A stretch of DNA of 59,001 bases from a virus (lineage: Duplodnaviria > Caudoviricetes): the IMG/VR virus record IMGVR_UViG_3300011114_000654, positions 1-59,001 of that record; one strand, given 5' to 3'. Position numbers and translations under genes: made by a program. Shown piece after piece: positions 1 to 8,347 of the stretch (position 1 is its first letter; every line of letters starts with the position of its first letter). The notes beneath the pieces are model-generated. The model saw nothing but the letters and a program-made list of their open reading frames with translations. It searched no databases and was not told the origin of the DNA.

Positions 1-25
1 AACGGCTGGCAGATTCCACGATGCC
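1..25. repeat. 25-bp terminal direct repeat (copy at 58977-59001); circular assembly overlap
   Basis: AACGGCTGGCAGATTCCACGATGCC is identical at both ends of the window. Confidence 0.95.
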
Positions 26-45
26 AGTTCCTATACCAGTTCCGC

Positions 46-112
<67 letters not shown>

Positions 113-114
113 TG

Positions 115-166
115 TGTGAGATATTCCACACACTTACATACCGGATAGTGTAGTAGAATAGTATTG
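115..166 (+). promoter_or_regulatory. early promoter repeat 1: CRP-type box plus -10
   Basis: TGTGA-gatatt-CCACA at 115-130 and TAGAAT at 154-159; same layout at 789 and 2355. Confidence 0.7.
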
Positions 167-185
167 TATGAAAGGTAGGGTAGTT

Positions 186-788
186 ATGGATTGTAATATT
201 GGAATGTCCAAAATGATGGATGTGTTATCTAAGCTCGGTTATTCTGTACCAGCTTTCAAAATGGTAGATAATACCGTTTACGTATCTAGATTAGTAGATG
301 GTATTGAATACCCTACGCCTACGCTGGTAAACGATACTCTGATGGATGGATTTATGCGTGGTGAAATCCAGGATAACTCACATAGCGTTTCATACGATTT
401 GGGAGGTACGAATCTCAGCGTAGAATTTGCAACGATATGTGGATTCAAAGGTAAACCTATAGAATGGCAAATTACCATCGTTTGCAATGTGGAATGGATG
501 CCTAAACCTACGCAAATTGTACCGTTTGATAGGTTTGCGATATGTCAAGCTTATTTCTGGTACCTCACACACTATTACGATGGTATGTGGAGTAATGAAT
601 ACAAACGGCTATGCAAAATGCAGACATACTACAAACCTGCAGCATCTGAACGGATGCCAAATTCACCAGAATCTGCAACGATATACAATCAGCTGGAAAT
701 CCGTAATGGATACAAACCTACTGGATGGATGGTGCTGTCAGACGATGATAGCTGTGACGATATCGTGATTTGGGATGATGCAGATTAG
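186..788 (+). CDS. hypothetical early protein
   Basis: ORF 168-788; the ATG at 186 follows the GAAAGGTAGG motif and is the likelier start. Confidence 0.75.
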   Translation: MDCNIGMSKMMDVLSKLGYSVPAFKMVDNTVYVSRLVDGIEYPTPTLVNDTLMDGFMRGEIQDNSHSVSYDLGGTNLSVEFATICGFKGKPIEWQITIVCNVEWMPKPTQIVPFDRFAICQAYFWYLTHYYDGMWSNEYKRLCKMQTYYKPAASERMPNSPESATIYNQLEIRNGYKPTGWMVLSDDDSCDDIVIWDDAD

Positions 789-840
789 TGTGGAATATCT
801 CACACTATACAATACCGGATTGTGTAGTAAACTAGTATTG
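789..840 (+). promoter_or_regulatory. early promoter repeat 2: CRP-type box plus -10
   Basis: TGTGG-aatatc-TCACA at 789-804; TAAACT at 828-833. Confidence 0.7.
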
Positions 841-857
841 AAAGGTAGGGTAGTTAG

Positions 858-1127
858 ATGATTCACGTATCGGGTTTGTTATTCATCCAGCACAATGACA
901 ATTTTGGGATTGTGTACGATACTGTACGCAAAATGGCAGTATCTCAGATTCCATTTCAGACATACGATGAATGCCAGCGTAGGATTCACACGTGTGGAAT
1001 ATCGGTAGATGAATACCATCACAAAGTAATATGCAAAGCTTTCACCGACAATCGTTATTTGAATATTATGGAAATGAAAGCTCTTAAAACCTTTATATCG
1101 ATGGTACGTAATACGTCAGATAAATAA
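858..1127 (+). CDS. hypothetical early protein
   Basis: ORF preceded by GAAAGGTAGGGTAG. Confidence 0.75.
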   Translation: MIHVSGLLFIQHNDNFGIVYDTVRKMAVSQIPFQTYDECQRRIHTCGISVDEYHHKVICKAFTDNRYLNIMEMKALKTFISMVRNTSDK

Positions 1128-1186
1128 TTGGTGCTGTAGGGTATCTGCTAAGTGTGGATACCCTACCAGATGAAAGGTAGGTAGGT

Positions 1187-1486
1187 ATGGATTACACAAT
1201 GCACACATCTACGAAATGCTGGATAACAATTCCAGGCATTCTATTAGATGCAGATATGAATATAGATGCGCTTTATGAAATGCTACGTGGTAGCGAAGAA
1301 ATACCAGATATCACACTGGTGATTACATCATCTGATAATGTACCAGAAACAATGACATTCAAAGGTGCTGCAGGATTAATCGGATGTTACGAATTCATAA
1401 AGTCTAATATGCACCATCAGCTCAGACTAAAGGTACAGGAAATAACACACATCAAAGCTTTGCTGGAATACACAAAGGAAAGGTAG
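1187..1486 (+). CDS. hypothetical early protein
   Basis: ORF preceded by GAAAGGTAGGTAGGT. Confidence 0.75.
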   Translation: MDYTMHTSTKCWITIPGILLDADMNIDALYEMLRGSEEIPDITLVITSSDNVPETMTFKGAAGLIGCYEFIKSNMHHQLRLKVQEITHIKALLEYTKER

Positions 1487-1492
1487 GTAGGT

Positions 1493-1801
1493 ATGAGATT
1501 AGATATCCACGTGGCATCGTCTGCATCTGATTACGCTTCGAATCGTGGCGTACGCATATTCAGCGAATATAAGAGCTTGACTGAATTTGAATCAGCGAAT
1601 AACGAGATGCCATTCTATTCTAGATTAGCAAATGACGGAAATCATATCGTAGTAATTCAGCGTGACGGATGGAATGCTAGTGTATTAGGTAGGTTTGATG
1701 TCAAGCGTATGCGTACCCGTAATTACCTAAAGCTTTACCCTATCAAAGGTGACGCATACGCTCACGTGAAGGTCACCAGCATACGTATTCAGGAAAGGTA
1801 G
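1493..1801 (+). CDS. hypothetical early protein
   Basis: ORF preceded by GAAAGGTAGGTAGGT. Confidence 0.75.
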   Translation: MRLDIHVASSASDYASNRGVRIFSEYKSLTEFESANNEMPFYSRLANDGNHIVVIQRDGWNASVLGRFDVKRMRTRNYLKLYPIKGDAYAHVKVTSIRIQER

Positions 1802-1808
1802 GTAGATT

Positions 1809-2099
1809 ATGGTAATAGGCAATTTGACGCGCAGGGAACGAGTATTTGACATACTCGCAGACATCAGGGATTTACATACAATCCAGGATAAAGATAAACG
1901 TATTCAACAGCTGGAATCTATCGCTGAAAGTATCGGTGAGCTTAGAGAAAAACGTGCATACGAAGCGTGTAGGGTACGGAATCTAGCTGAGGTATGGCGT
2001 AACGATTATAAAGCTGGAGTAGGCTATACCATCGCGGAAGATATCGATAATCTGTATTACTTTATGGAACAATCGTTATTGAGTAAAACAATCAGGTAG
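1809..2099 (+). CDS. hypothetical early protein
   Basis: ORF preceded by GAAAGGTAGGTAG. Confidence 0.75.
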   Translation: MVIGNLTRRERVFDILADIRDLHTIQDKDKRIQQLESIAESIGELREKRAYEACRVRNLAEVWRNDYKAGVGYTIAEDIDNLYYFMEQSLLSKTIR

Positions 2100-2108
2100 T
2101 AGGTAGAT

Positions 2109-2354
2109 ATGACACACAATACAGATGAACAAATCCTAAACGATACTAAACAGGAAGCTATACGCCAAGTCAAAATATCGTTTGCGGATAGGTATAGGGT
2201 GGAATACGTCACGTCAAAATGGGGAGTTAACAGCTACACAAGTATTACCCTAGCGGATGCCATCAATTACATCAATAAAGCAAAGCTAGTAAAGGTAGAT
2301 AGCGGAGACATCTATTTGGATAATGCATCCATCATGTCACGAGATGTATCCTGA
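2109..2354 (+). CDS. hypothetical early protein
   Basis: ORF in a tightly packed array, preceded by GTAGGTAG. Confidence 0.7.
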   Translation: MTHNTDEQILNDTKQEAIRQVKISFADRYRVEYVTSKWGVNSYTSITLADAINYINKAKLVKVDSGDIYLDNASIMSRDVS

Positions 2355-2406
2355 TGTGCAATATCTCACACATCACATTACTGTATTGTGTAGTAGACTA
2401 GGTACG
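2355..2406 (+). promoter_or_regulatory. early promoter repeat 3: CRP-type box plus -10
   Basis: TGTGC-aatatc-TCACA at 2355-2370; TAGACT at 2394-2399. Confidence 0.7.
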
Positions 2407-2420
2407 AAAGGTAGGTAGGT

Positions 2421-2714
2421 ATGTCAGATTATAACGGCTGGAAGAATTACGAAACGTGGAATGTAAACCTTTGGTTTGGTGACGATATGACAGGGATGGC
2501 AGCAGATAACGGTAAAGCTATCGATGCAGACTGGTGTAGGGAAATCGTCGAAGAATACCTACAGAATTCCGTAGGTAATGTATTCCAGGGTTTCATCGGT
2601 GACATAGTCCAATCATTCTTAGGTAGCGTAGATTGGCGTGAAATCGCAAAGCACGTAAACGATGATGCGGAATTGTCCGACGATACAGACGATACAGACG
2701 AAGAAAGCGAATAG
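2421..2714 (+). CDS. conserved acidic phage protein (YNGWxNYETWNVNLW family)
   Basis: Recognisable N-terminal YNGWKNYETWNVNLW motif and C-terminal VDWREIA; acidic tail. Confidence 0.8.
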   Translation: MSDYNGWKNYETWNVNLWFGDDMTGMAADNGKAIDADWCREIVEEYLQNSVGNVFQGFIGDIVQSFLGSVDWREIAKHVNDDAELSDDTDDTDEESE

Positions 2715-2716
2715 GT

Positions 2717-2971
2717 ATGAATCTCAGTATAGAAATGACAGATACGTTTGGTGACGTACCAAATTACAGCTGGGTTATCCGTAAGACTGTAAAGCATACG
2801 GGTAAAGCTTCGGATGCTGCGATTGTACGCAAAGTCAAACGTACATTAGGCGTCACGTACACACACAATTACTGTAGCTGGAATGGTGACACGTTTACCA
2901 TCGAATTCCCTAAAGGTACCAACATCATTATTTCCGCTACAGTCTGCGACGATGCAGAGATTCAGGAGTAG
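2717..2971 (+). CDS. hypothetical early protein
   Basis: ORF with a TDTFGxxxNYSWV motif seen in small phage proteins. Confidence 0.7.
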   Translation: MNLSIEMTDTFGDVPNYSWVIRKTVKHTGKASDAAIVRKVKRTLGVTYTHNYCSWNGDTFTIEFPKGTNIIISATVCDDAEIQE

Positions 2972-2977
2972 GCAGGT

Positions 2978-3259
2978 ATGACAAAGGACGAAATGTTTCA
3001 GGCAGTTAGCGAGCAGGAAGATGCATTCTTTAATGAGCTTCAAGCTATGCGAGCTAAGTATCCAGGATTCTATGTCGAAGCTTGGATGCCTACAGACATC
3101 ATCATTCAGGCAGATGGACGATACGAAGCTAAGGATGCACAACAGCTGGAAGACTTTTGCTGTAATGTCGTTGGATGCATTAAGCATGATGCCAATACAG
3201 GTACATCGTGGCATACCTTGGAATCTGCTATCGATATAGCGATTAGAGACTATTCGTAG
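2978..3259 (+). CDS. hypothetical early protein (paralogue of 4148-4384)
   Basis: ORF with RBS; shares an ELxxxRxxxPxxxxEAxxP pattern. Confidence 0.7.
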   Translation: MTKDEMFQAVSEQEDAFFNELQAMRAKYPGFYVEAWMPTDIIIQADGRYEAKDAQQLEDFCCNVVGCIKHDANTGTSWHTLESAIDIAIRDYS

Positions 3260-3314
3260 GTTTACATCCCAGTACAGATGGGTATTTATGCAGTGTGAAA
3301 GGTAGTAGGTAGGT

Positions 3315-3515
3315 ATGTATACACTTATTGTAGCCAACGTAGGAAAAATCGGTGAGTATGCGTCACGCAAATTAGCAAAGGATGCGTACAAATCGTACGT
3401 CGATTTATCGACATCAGGGTATGGCAGGGTAGCTGGTGAATCGGTTTACTTGTTTGAGAATGACGAAATCATCGAAGAACATATGGGTACGAGATACGAA
3501 CAAGAAAGCGAGTAG
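3315..3515 (+). CDS. hypothetical early protein
   Basis: ORF preceded by GTAGGTAGGT. Confidence 0.7.
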   Translation: MYTLIVANVGKIGEYASRKLAKDAYKSYVDLSTSGYGRVAGESVYLFENDEIIEEHMGTRYEQESE

Positions 3516-3525
3516 GTAGGTAGCT

Positions 3526-4086
3526 ATGGTAATCAGAATTGAATCGGTCGATATCGACCAAATCTCAGCGTCAGATATGTTAGAGCAGGTAGCTGTATGT
3601 GAAAGGGAAGGTATCACATTCAAGCTCTATCATGCATTCGTAGACGATAGTAAACACCAGGTGATGGAATTGCCTAATACCATAGGCGTTTACTCTGGTG
3701 GCGATACGGTATGGAATGAATCTATCGATAATGTAGCCGATGCCATCTATGCACAATATGGAATCAAACGGCATTCAGTCCAGCTTGACGATATCCGTTT
3801 GATGTTTTGGAAACATATCCTTGACATCGATAGCGTGAGCGTAGGATTAATCAATCCGCTCACGTGTACCCGACATATCGAAATATCTGTATACGGTAAT
3901 GGTGACATCCACAATTACGGAATGTTTGAATTCGATAAGAATGGGAATTTGGAAAGTGTTACATTCCGATACGGTAGAGATGGTGCGCAGCGAATCATTC
4001 ATGAGATTGAGTTAGCTGGTGCATTCTCACGCAAGGATTTGAATGAATACGTAGTCAATCGTTTGGTGGCAGCGGTAGGCTGCTGA
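3526..4086 (+). CDS. hypothetical early protein
   Basis: 186-aa ORF preceded by GTAGGTAGGTAG. Confidence 0.75.
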   Translation: MVIRIESVDIDQISASDMLEQVAVCEREGITFKLYHAFVDDSKHQVMELPNTIGVYSGGDTVWNESIDNVADAIYAQYGIKRHSVQLDDIRLMFWKHILDIDSVSVGLINPLTCTRHIEISVYGNGDIHNYGMFEFDKNGNLESVTFRYGRDGAQRIIHEIELAGAFSRKDLNEYVVNRLVAAVGC

Positions 4087-4147
4087 TACGTTTACATATG
4101 CCTGTATCATTTCAGGTACAGGCATTCATTCCCTAAGGTAGGTAGGT

Positions 4148-4384
4148 ATGTTTAATCAAAAGTTATTCGACGCTGAATTGGAGCGTATTCGACAGCTGTT
4201 CCCAGAATGCCATATTGAAGCATTTTCACCAGATGAATACAAGATAGCTGATGCCACACTCCAGGATACGGATGCACGAAAGGTAGCAGAGTATCTGTAC
4301 ACACATACGGATAGTGTGCATATGTGGCAGATGGTACACAAAGCTATTGAGTATGCGAAGAATGTTAGGGGATTGTATTCATGA
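4148..4384 (+). CDS. hypothetical early protein
   Basis: ORF preceded by AAGGTAGGTAGGT. Confidence 0.75.
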   Translation: MFNQKLFDAELERIRQLFPECHIEAFSPDEYKIADATLQDTDARKVAEYLYTHTDSVHMWQMVHKAIEYAKNVRGLYS

Positions 4385-4503
4385 AACAGACTGGAAGCTT
4401 TGTTTGCTTTCTTGGATGGGCTACTCTCTTTGCAGGGTATGTACCTCTAGCCCTTGGTTTATTAGTAATCGGATTCACCCTTGTCTTTTCAAGCAAGCGG
4501 TGA
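4381..4503 (+). CDS. small membrane peptide (40 aa)
   Basis: Translated by hand: MKQTGSFVCFLGWATLFAGYVPLALGLLVIGFTLVFSSKR; ATGA overlap with the upstream gene. Confidence 0.5.
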   Translation: MKQTGSFVCFLGWATLFAGYVPLALGLLVIGFTLVFSSKR

Positions 4504-4570
4504 GTCCGGTTTCTCTTTTTGAAACCAGTTCTGATACCAGTTCGATGGAAAGGAATAGATAGATAGATAG

Positions 4571-5131
4571 ATGGCACAAATCAAGCAGGGACGTAAGCCT
4601 GTATTCGGTAGAGGTAACTATGCACACGTAACCCAGTTACGTTGGGGAAGCATTACCAGATACTTTGAAAGCAAAGAAGAAGCTATACAGGAAGCGCGAG
4701 GTATCCAATACAACATGATGAAGCAACGGATGACAGGCAGGGTACACGTACTAGTCAGTCAGTTCCGTAGGCAGGTTAGTCACCATTGGACTAAGAAGGA
4801 TATCATCACATTCTTGAATGGAGACTTCGGATGGACAACGATATATGACGTATCCATCACAGGCGGTAAGGTTACAAAGTTCATAGATAAGGTGAACCAA
4901 AAGCGTAACTATGCAACGATTGAAGAGTTCACCACACCTATCGTGAATCCTACTCCACCTATGAAGAATGGGTTAGAGATTATCCAAAACAACGAGAGTC
5001 TCTTTGAATTGTGTAAACGTGCGCCAACACCTACCGCATTCAAGATGGCACTTAGGAAGATAGATATGCTCAAAGCTCCCATTACAGCAAGTGTAGCGCA
5101 ATACGTTTGGAGGGTTACACATGAGGATTAA
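4571..5131 (+). CDS. hypothetical protein
   Basis: 186-aa ORF preceded by GAAAGGA and (TAGA)n. Confidence 0.75.
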   Translation: MAQIKQGRKPVFGRGNYAHVTQLRWGSITRYFESKEEAIQEARGIQYNMMKQRMTGRVHVLVSQFRRQVSHHWTKKDIITFLNGDFGWTTIYDVSITGGKVTKFIDKVNQKRNYATIEEFTTPIVNPTPPMKNGLEIIQNNESLFELCKRAPTPTAFKMALRKIDMLKAPITASVAQYVWRVTHED

Positions 5132-5543
5132 GCCTGAGGCAGCACTACAAAAACAAGTAGTAGATACCTTGATGGTGCTAGGTTACAAAGTCTTTGAAAC
5201 AGGGAAGACTAGGACTAAGGTCAGATGCACTAAATGTGGTGCGTACAGTTATGCGACAGGCTATCAGGGTAATACTCCAGGGCTACCAGACTTATACATA
5301 CACTCGTCACACCATCTTTGGGGAAGTAAGGCAGTAGCCATCGAGCTGAAGGCTGCGAAAGGGAAAACATCTGAGGTACAGCAAGAGATAGCAGATGCTG
5401 GGTATACGACAATCTGTCGGTCTATCGAAGAGGTTCTATCGGTCATATCTAGGGTTGAGGCAGACCTTAACAACTGGACAGCCGTAGACAAGATTACAAG
5501 ATTTATGGAGGCAAACTTTGGGCTATTTGAAACCAAGTATTGA
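5121..5543 (+). CDS. VRR-NUC / PD-(D/E)XK nuclease
   Basis: EAALQ...PGLPDL...IELKA..GK.S..Q motifs, with a CxxC insert. Confidence 0.8.
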   Translation: MRIKPEAALQKQVVDTLMVLGYKVFETGKTRTKVRCTKCGAYSYATGYQGNTPGLPDLYIHSSHHLWGSKAVAIELKAAKGKTSEVQQEIADAGYTTICRSIEEVLSVISRVEADLNNWTAVDKITRFMEANFGLFETKY

Positions 5544-6168
5544 TTGTTGGGACTACCTGTTCCAGAAGACAGGTTCAGACTACGTATGGGTCAATATGGA
5601 GACCATAGAGGGTATCAATCTCATACAAGAGTCAGAGAAGGATGGATGGAGATATGCAGTTATCTTCGATAATGAAGTAACGCAAAACGGCATCGAGTAC
5701 AACACCCGTATACAACTTCGCTCCCTGATGAATCGATACCGATTCTTTGAATATAACGGACGCAAGGTACAGGCATTAGGCTGCAAGGGAACACTATGCA
5801 CCTGCCCTACAGATGCACCAGAAGGCAGACTTACACCAGACTTTGGTGGGTTTGTCTATCGTGTAGCAAAGGTTAGCGATGGCAAGCTTGGATGCGTCCA
5901 TAGACTAATCAACGGTAAAGCACACCAAGTAGTATCAGCTGATATCGAACACGCATTAGGTGTTATCAAGGAAACGAGTGATAACCCTGAGGAAGCTATG
6001 CTCAACCCAGCGATGCTACTTGAGTACATTCCAGTCACCAAGATTTATTCACAAGCTGACTACCTCATACTCCAGGATACTGAATCACCATTCAACCTCA
6101 ACGAAATCTCAGGACTCTACCCTGATGATGATGAAGAGGAACTACTTTTGGCTAAGATTGATTATTGA
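5518..6168 (+). CDS. hypothetical protein
   Basis: 216-aa ORF with GGAGG upstream. Confidence 0.7.
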   Translation: MGYLKPSIDCWDYLFQKTGSDYVWVNMETIEGINLIQESEKDGWRYAVIFDNEVTQNGIEYNTRIQLRSLMNRYRFFEYNGRKVQALGCKGTLCTCPTDAPEGRLTPDFGGFVYRVAKVSDGKLGCVHRLINGKAHQVVSADIEHALGVIKETSDNPEEAMLNPAMLLEYIPVTKIYSQADYLILQDTESPFNLNEISGLYPDDDEEELLLAKIDY

Positions 6169-6193
6169 CAATACAGTATTCTTGTAGTACACT
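6165..6193 (+). promoter_or_regulatory. sigma70-type promoter of the recombination/replication block
   Basis: TTGACA-N17-TACACT. Confidence 0.7.
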
Positions 6194-6215
6194 TTCTACG
6201 TAAGGGAGAAAACCT

Positions 6216-6968
6216 ATGTTTCAATCAGATTCGTTGTCTAGTATTGCACCTGACCTTGTAAAGGTTCAGGCTGGCATTAATGGTGTTGCACGTGATGGCA
6301 ACAACCCTATTTTCCGTAGTAAATACATCACACTTGATGGCATCTTGCTGGCTGTACGTCCTGTCCTTAGCCAGTTCAATATCTTCCTCAGTCAATCAAC
6401 CAATGAGAAGATTAATGAGGAAGGTGTAGTCACATCCATTACTGTACGTAGCACCCTACTTCACGCTAGTGGTGAATGGATTGCAAACGAAGTAACCGTA
6501 CCAGTAAACCCAGCAGTTGACCGTAACGGAAAAGTACAGTTAGTAGACGCTCACCGGGTTGGTTCGTCCATCACATACGGACGTCGATATAGTCTGTCGA
6601 GCTTGCTTGCTATCGGTGAAGATGATGACGATGGCAACACCGCTAGTGGTTACCAGAATCAGAATCAGGCTCCACAAAAACCTTTGCAACAGCCGCAGGC
6701 TCCACAACAGCAAACACATATAGCACCTTCTTCACCAATAGTAGTAGTTACACCTCTACAGCGATTCAACAGTCAGGTAGATAGGTTGTATGGCAAGGAT
6801 ACGTCCAAGGAAGACCGTAAGGGTATTCATAACGCTATCGCAGGGTCAGGTAAAGAGGTAAAGATTACGTCTGATTCTCTTACACACGTAGCTGACTGCT
6901 TGATGGAGTGTAAAGACCAGGCTGATGCAGACGAGTTTATCACTGGATGCATGAAGGCATCCGAATAG
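6216..6968 (+). CDS. erf: ERF-family single-strand annealing protein
   Basis: NPxFxSKY, LLHASGEW and GSSITYGRRYSL...EDDDDGN motifs. Confidence 0.92.
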   Translation: MFQSDSLSSIAPDLVKVQAGINGVARDGNNPIFRSKYITLDGILLAVRPVLSQFNIFLSQSTNEKINEEGVVTSITVRSTLLHASGEWIANEVTVPVNPAVDRNGKVQLVDAHRVGSSITYGRRYSLSSLLAIGEDDDDGNTASGYQNQNQAPQKPLQQPQAPQQQTHIAPSSPIVVVTPLQRFNSQVDRLYGKDTSKEDRKGIHNAIAGSGKEVKITSDSLTHVADCLMECKDQADADEFITGCMKASE

Positions 6969-6982
6969 AAAGGTAGGTAGGT

Positions 6983-7573
6983 ATGGCTATTATTGAGATT
7001 GATGGTGACCTGTTCGACGATGAGACAGGCGAGTATGCGGGACCAACGGGGAGAGACCTCCCCTCAATCCTTGAAGGTGAAGAAGACCTCCTCAAGTATA
7101 TGAGAATCTTGCTTGATGCTGAGACACGTGCTGCAGCTGAAGAGATGAAGTACAAGTCTGTCTTAGAGAACATCAACAAGATGGTAAAACGACATAAGTC
7201 TAAGGTCGGTTATCTTCGTGCTATGTATGAAGGTCAAGCTGCAAAGGTAGCAAACACACTCCTTCCTAGGGATAAGGAAGGTAACCTTCGCAGTAAGACG
7301 TACCGTTGTCCATTTGGGACTATCGGTCAACGTACGACACAACCTAGCCTGAAGATTAGCGATATGGCACGTGCTATCAACTTCATTCAAGAATCAGCAC
7401 CTCAGGCTATCAAGACAGAACAAAAGGTTCTTGTATCTTCGATTCCTGACGAGATAAAGCACAAGCTCCTTACAGACGTTGATATCGCAGAGCAATTTGG
7501 CTTTGAAGTGAACCCCGGTGGAGAGAGCATCACCATCAAGACTATAACGGAGACTAAAGATGAGACGAAGTGA
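6983..7573 (+). CDS. Gam-like / Gp157-like DNA-end protection protein
   Basis: Coiled coil followed by KTYRCPFGTIGQR; adjacent to ERF. Confidence 0.6.
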   Translation: MAIIEIDGDLFDDETGEYAGPTGRDLPSILEGEEDLLKYMRILLDAETRAAAEEMKYKSVLENINKMVKRHKSKVGYLRAMYEGQAAKVANTLLPRDKEGNLRSKTYRCPFGTIGQRTTQPSLKISDMARAINFIQESAPQAIKTEQKVLVSSIPDEIKHKLLTDVDIAEQFGFEVNPGGESITIKTITETKDETK

Positions 7574-7799
7574 GCTGGAGTTAGTGCTTGAAGGATTAGT
7601 AAACCTTAGAGCAAAGGCACACTACCTACAGGTCAATACAGAGTTGAAGACAGGTCAACCTCAATACCCTATCGCTGGAGTGCTAGAGAAGCTTGACCAG
7701 GCTGTCAATCTATTGACCAAGGAAGTACACGCCGTACAAGGTAGGAAGCCTAGGACTATGACAGAAAAGTTCAATAGCTTTGTAGGTAGCCTAAAATGA
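7560..7799 (+). CDS. hypothetical protein
   Basis: ORF overlapping its neighbours in the operon. Confidence 0.65.
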   Translation: MRRSELELVLEGLVNLRAKAHYLQVNTELKTGQPQYPIAGVLEKLDQAVNLLTKEVHAVQGRKPRTMTEKFNSFVGSLK

Positions 7800-8347
7800 G
7801 TGAAGTGGTACATATTGGTAGCCTTACCGATTCTGTATCCATAAGTGAAACAGGGTTGTCCGTTGTCAAGGAGTTGTCCTTCGACCAATGGTCAACCCTT
7901 ATGGGTACGTTGAGTCGTATGGATACGGCGTTTCAGTTCGCCCTTGGCGATGCTCTCCTCTATGGGGAGAGCAGATATGGTGAACGATACTCTCAAGCAG
8001 TTGATGTTACAGGACAGTCGTATCAAAGCCTAGCCAACTACGTATGGGTAGCGAAGGCTGTTGATAAGGATAGGCGTGTACCAGGGCTATCTTGGACACA
8101 TCATAGAGTAGTAGCCAAGCTTGACCCTGAAAAACAAACAGAGCTTCTTACGATTGCAAGGAAAAACGATTGGACTATCACTACCTTAATGGAAGAGGTA
8201 CGTGGTGAACCATTACCTAAGGCTAACTCTGAACAGGTATCTGTACCTAAAGGTATGTCAGTCAGGGATGCTAACGCTGTACTACATCAGGCAGCGAACT
8301 GTCAGTCGTTGTGTTCTACGTGTCCATTCAACAAGGGAGAAGAATGA
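7796..8347 (+). CDS. LmbU-like DNA-binding protein
   Basis: LGDxLxYGExRYGERY..TG.SYQSL.NY.WVA...RR..LSWxHH signature. Confidence 0.75.
   Translation: MSEVVHIGSLTDSVSISETGLSVVKELSFDQWSTLMGTLSRMDTAFQFALGDALLYGESRYGERYSQAVDVTGQSYQSLANYVWVAKAVDKDRRVPGLSWTHHRVVAKLDPEKQTELLTIARKNDWTITTLMEEVRGEPLPKANSEQVSVPKGMSVRDANAVLHQAANCQSLCSTCPFNKGEE

Noticed and set aside
115-2420. Early repeats as a CRISPR array or integron attC sites
   Set aside because: The repeats are separated by whole genes and are not identical; there is no cas or integrase gene and no attC core sites.
170-4150. TAG recoding suggested by the abundance of TAG
   Set aside because: Long conserved genes are intact in the standard code, and TAG sits at sensible gene ends.
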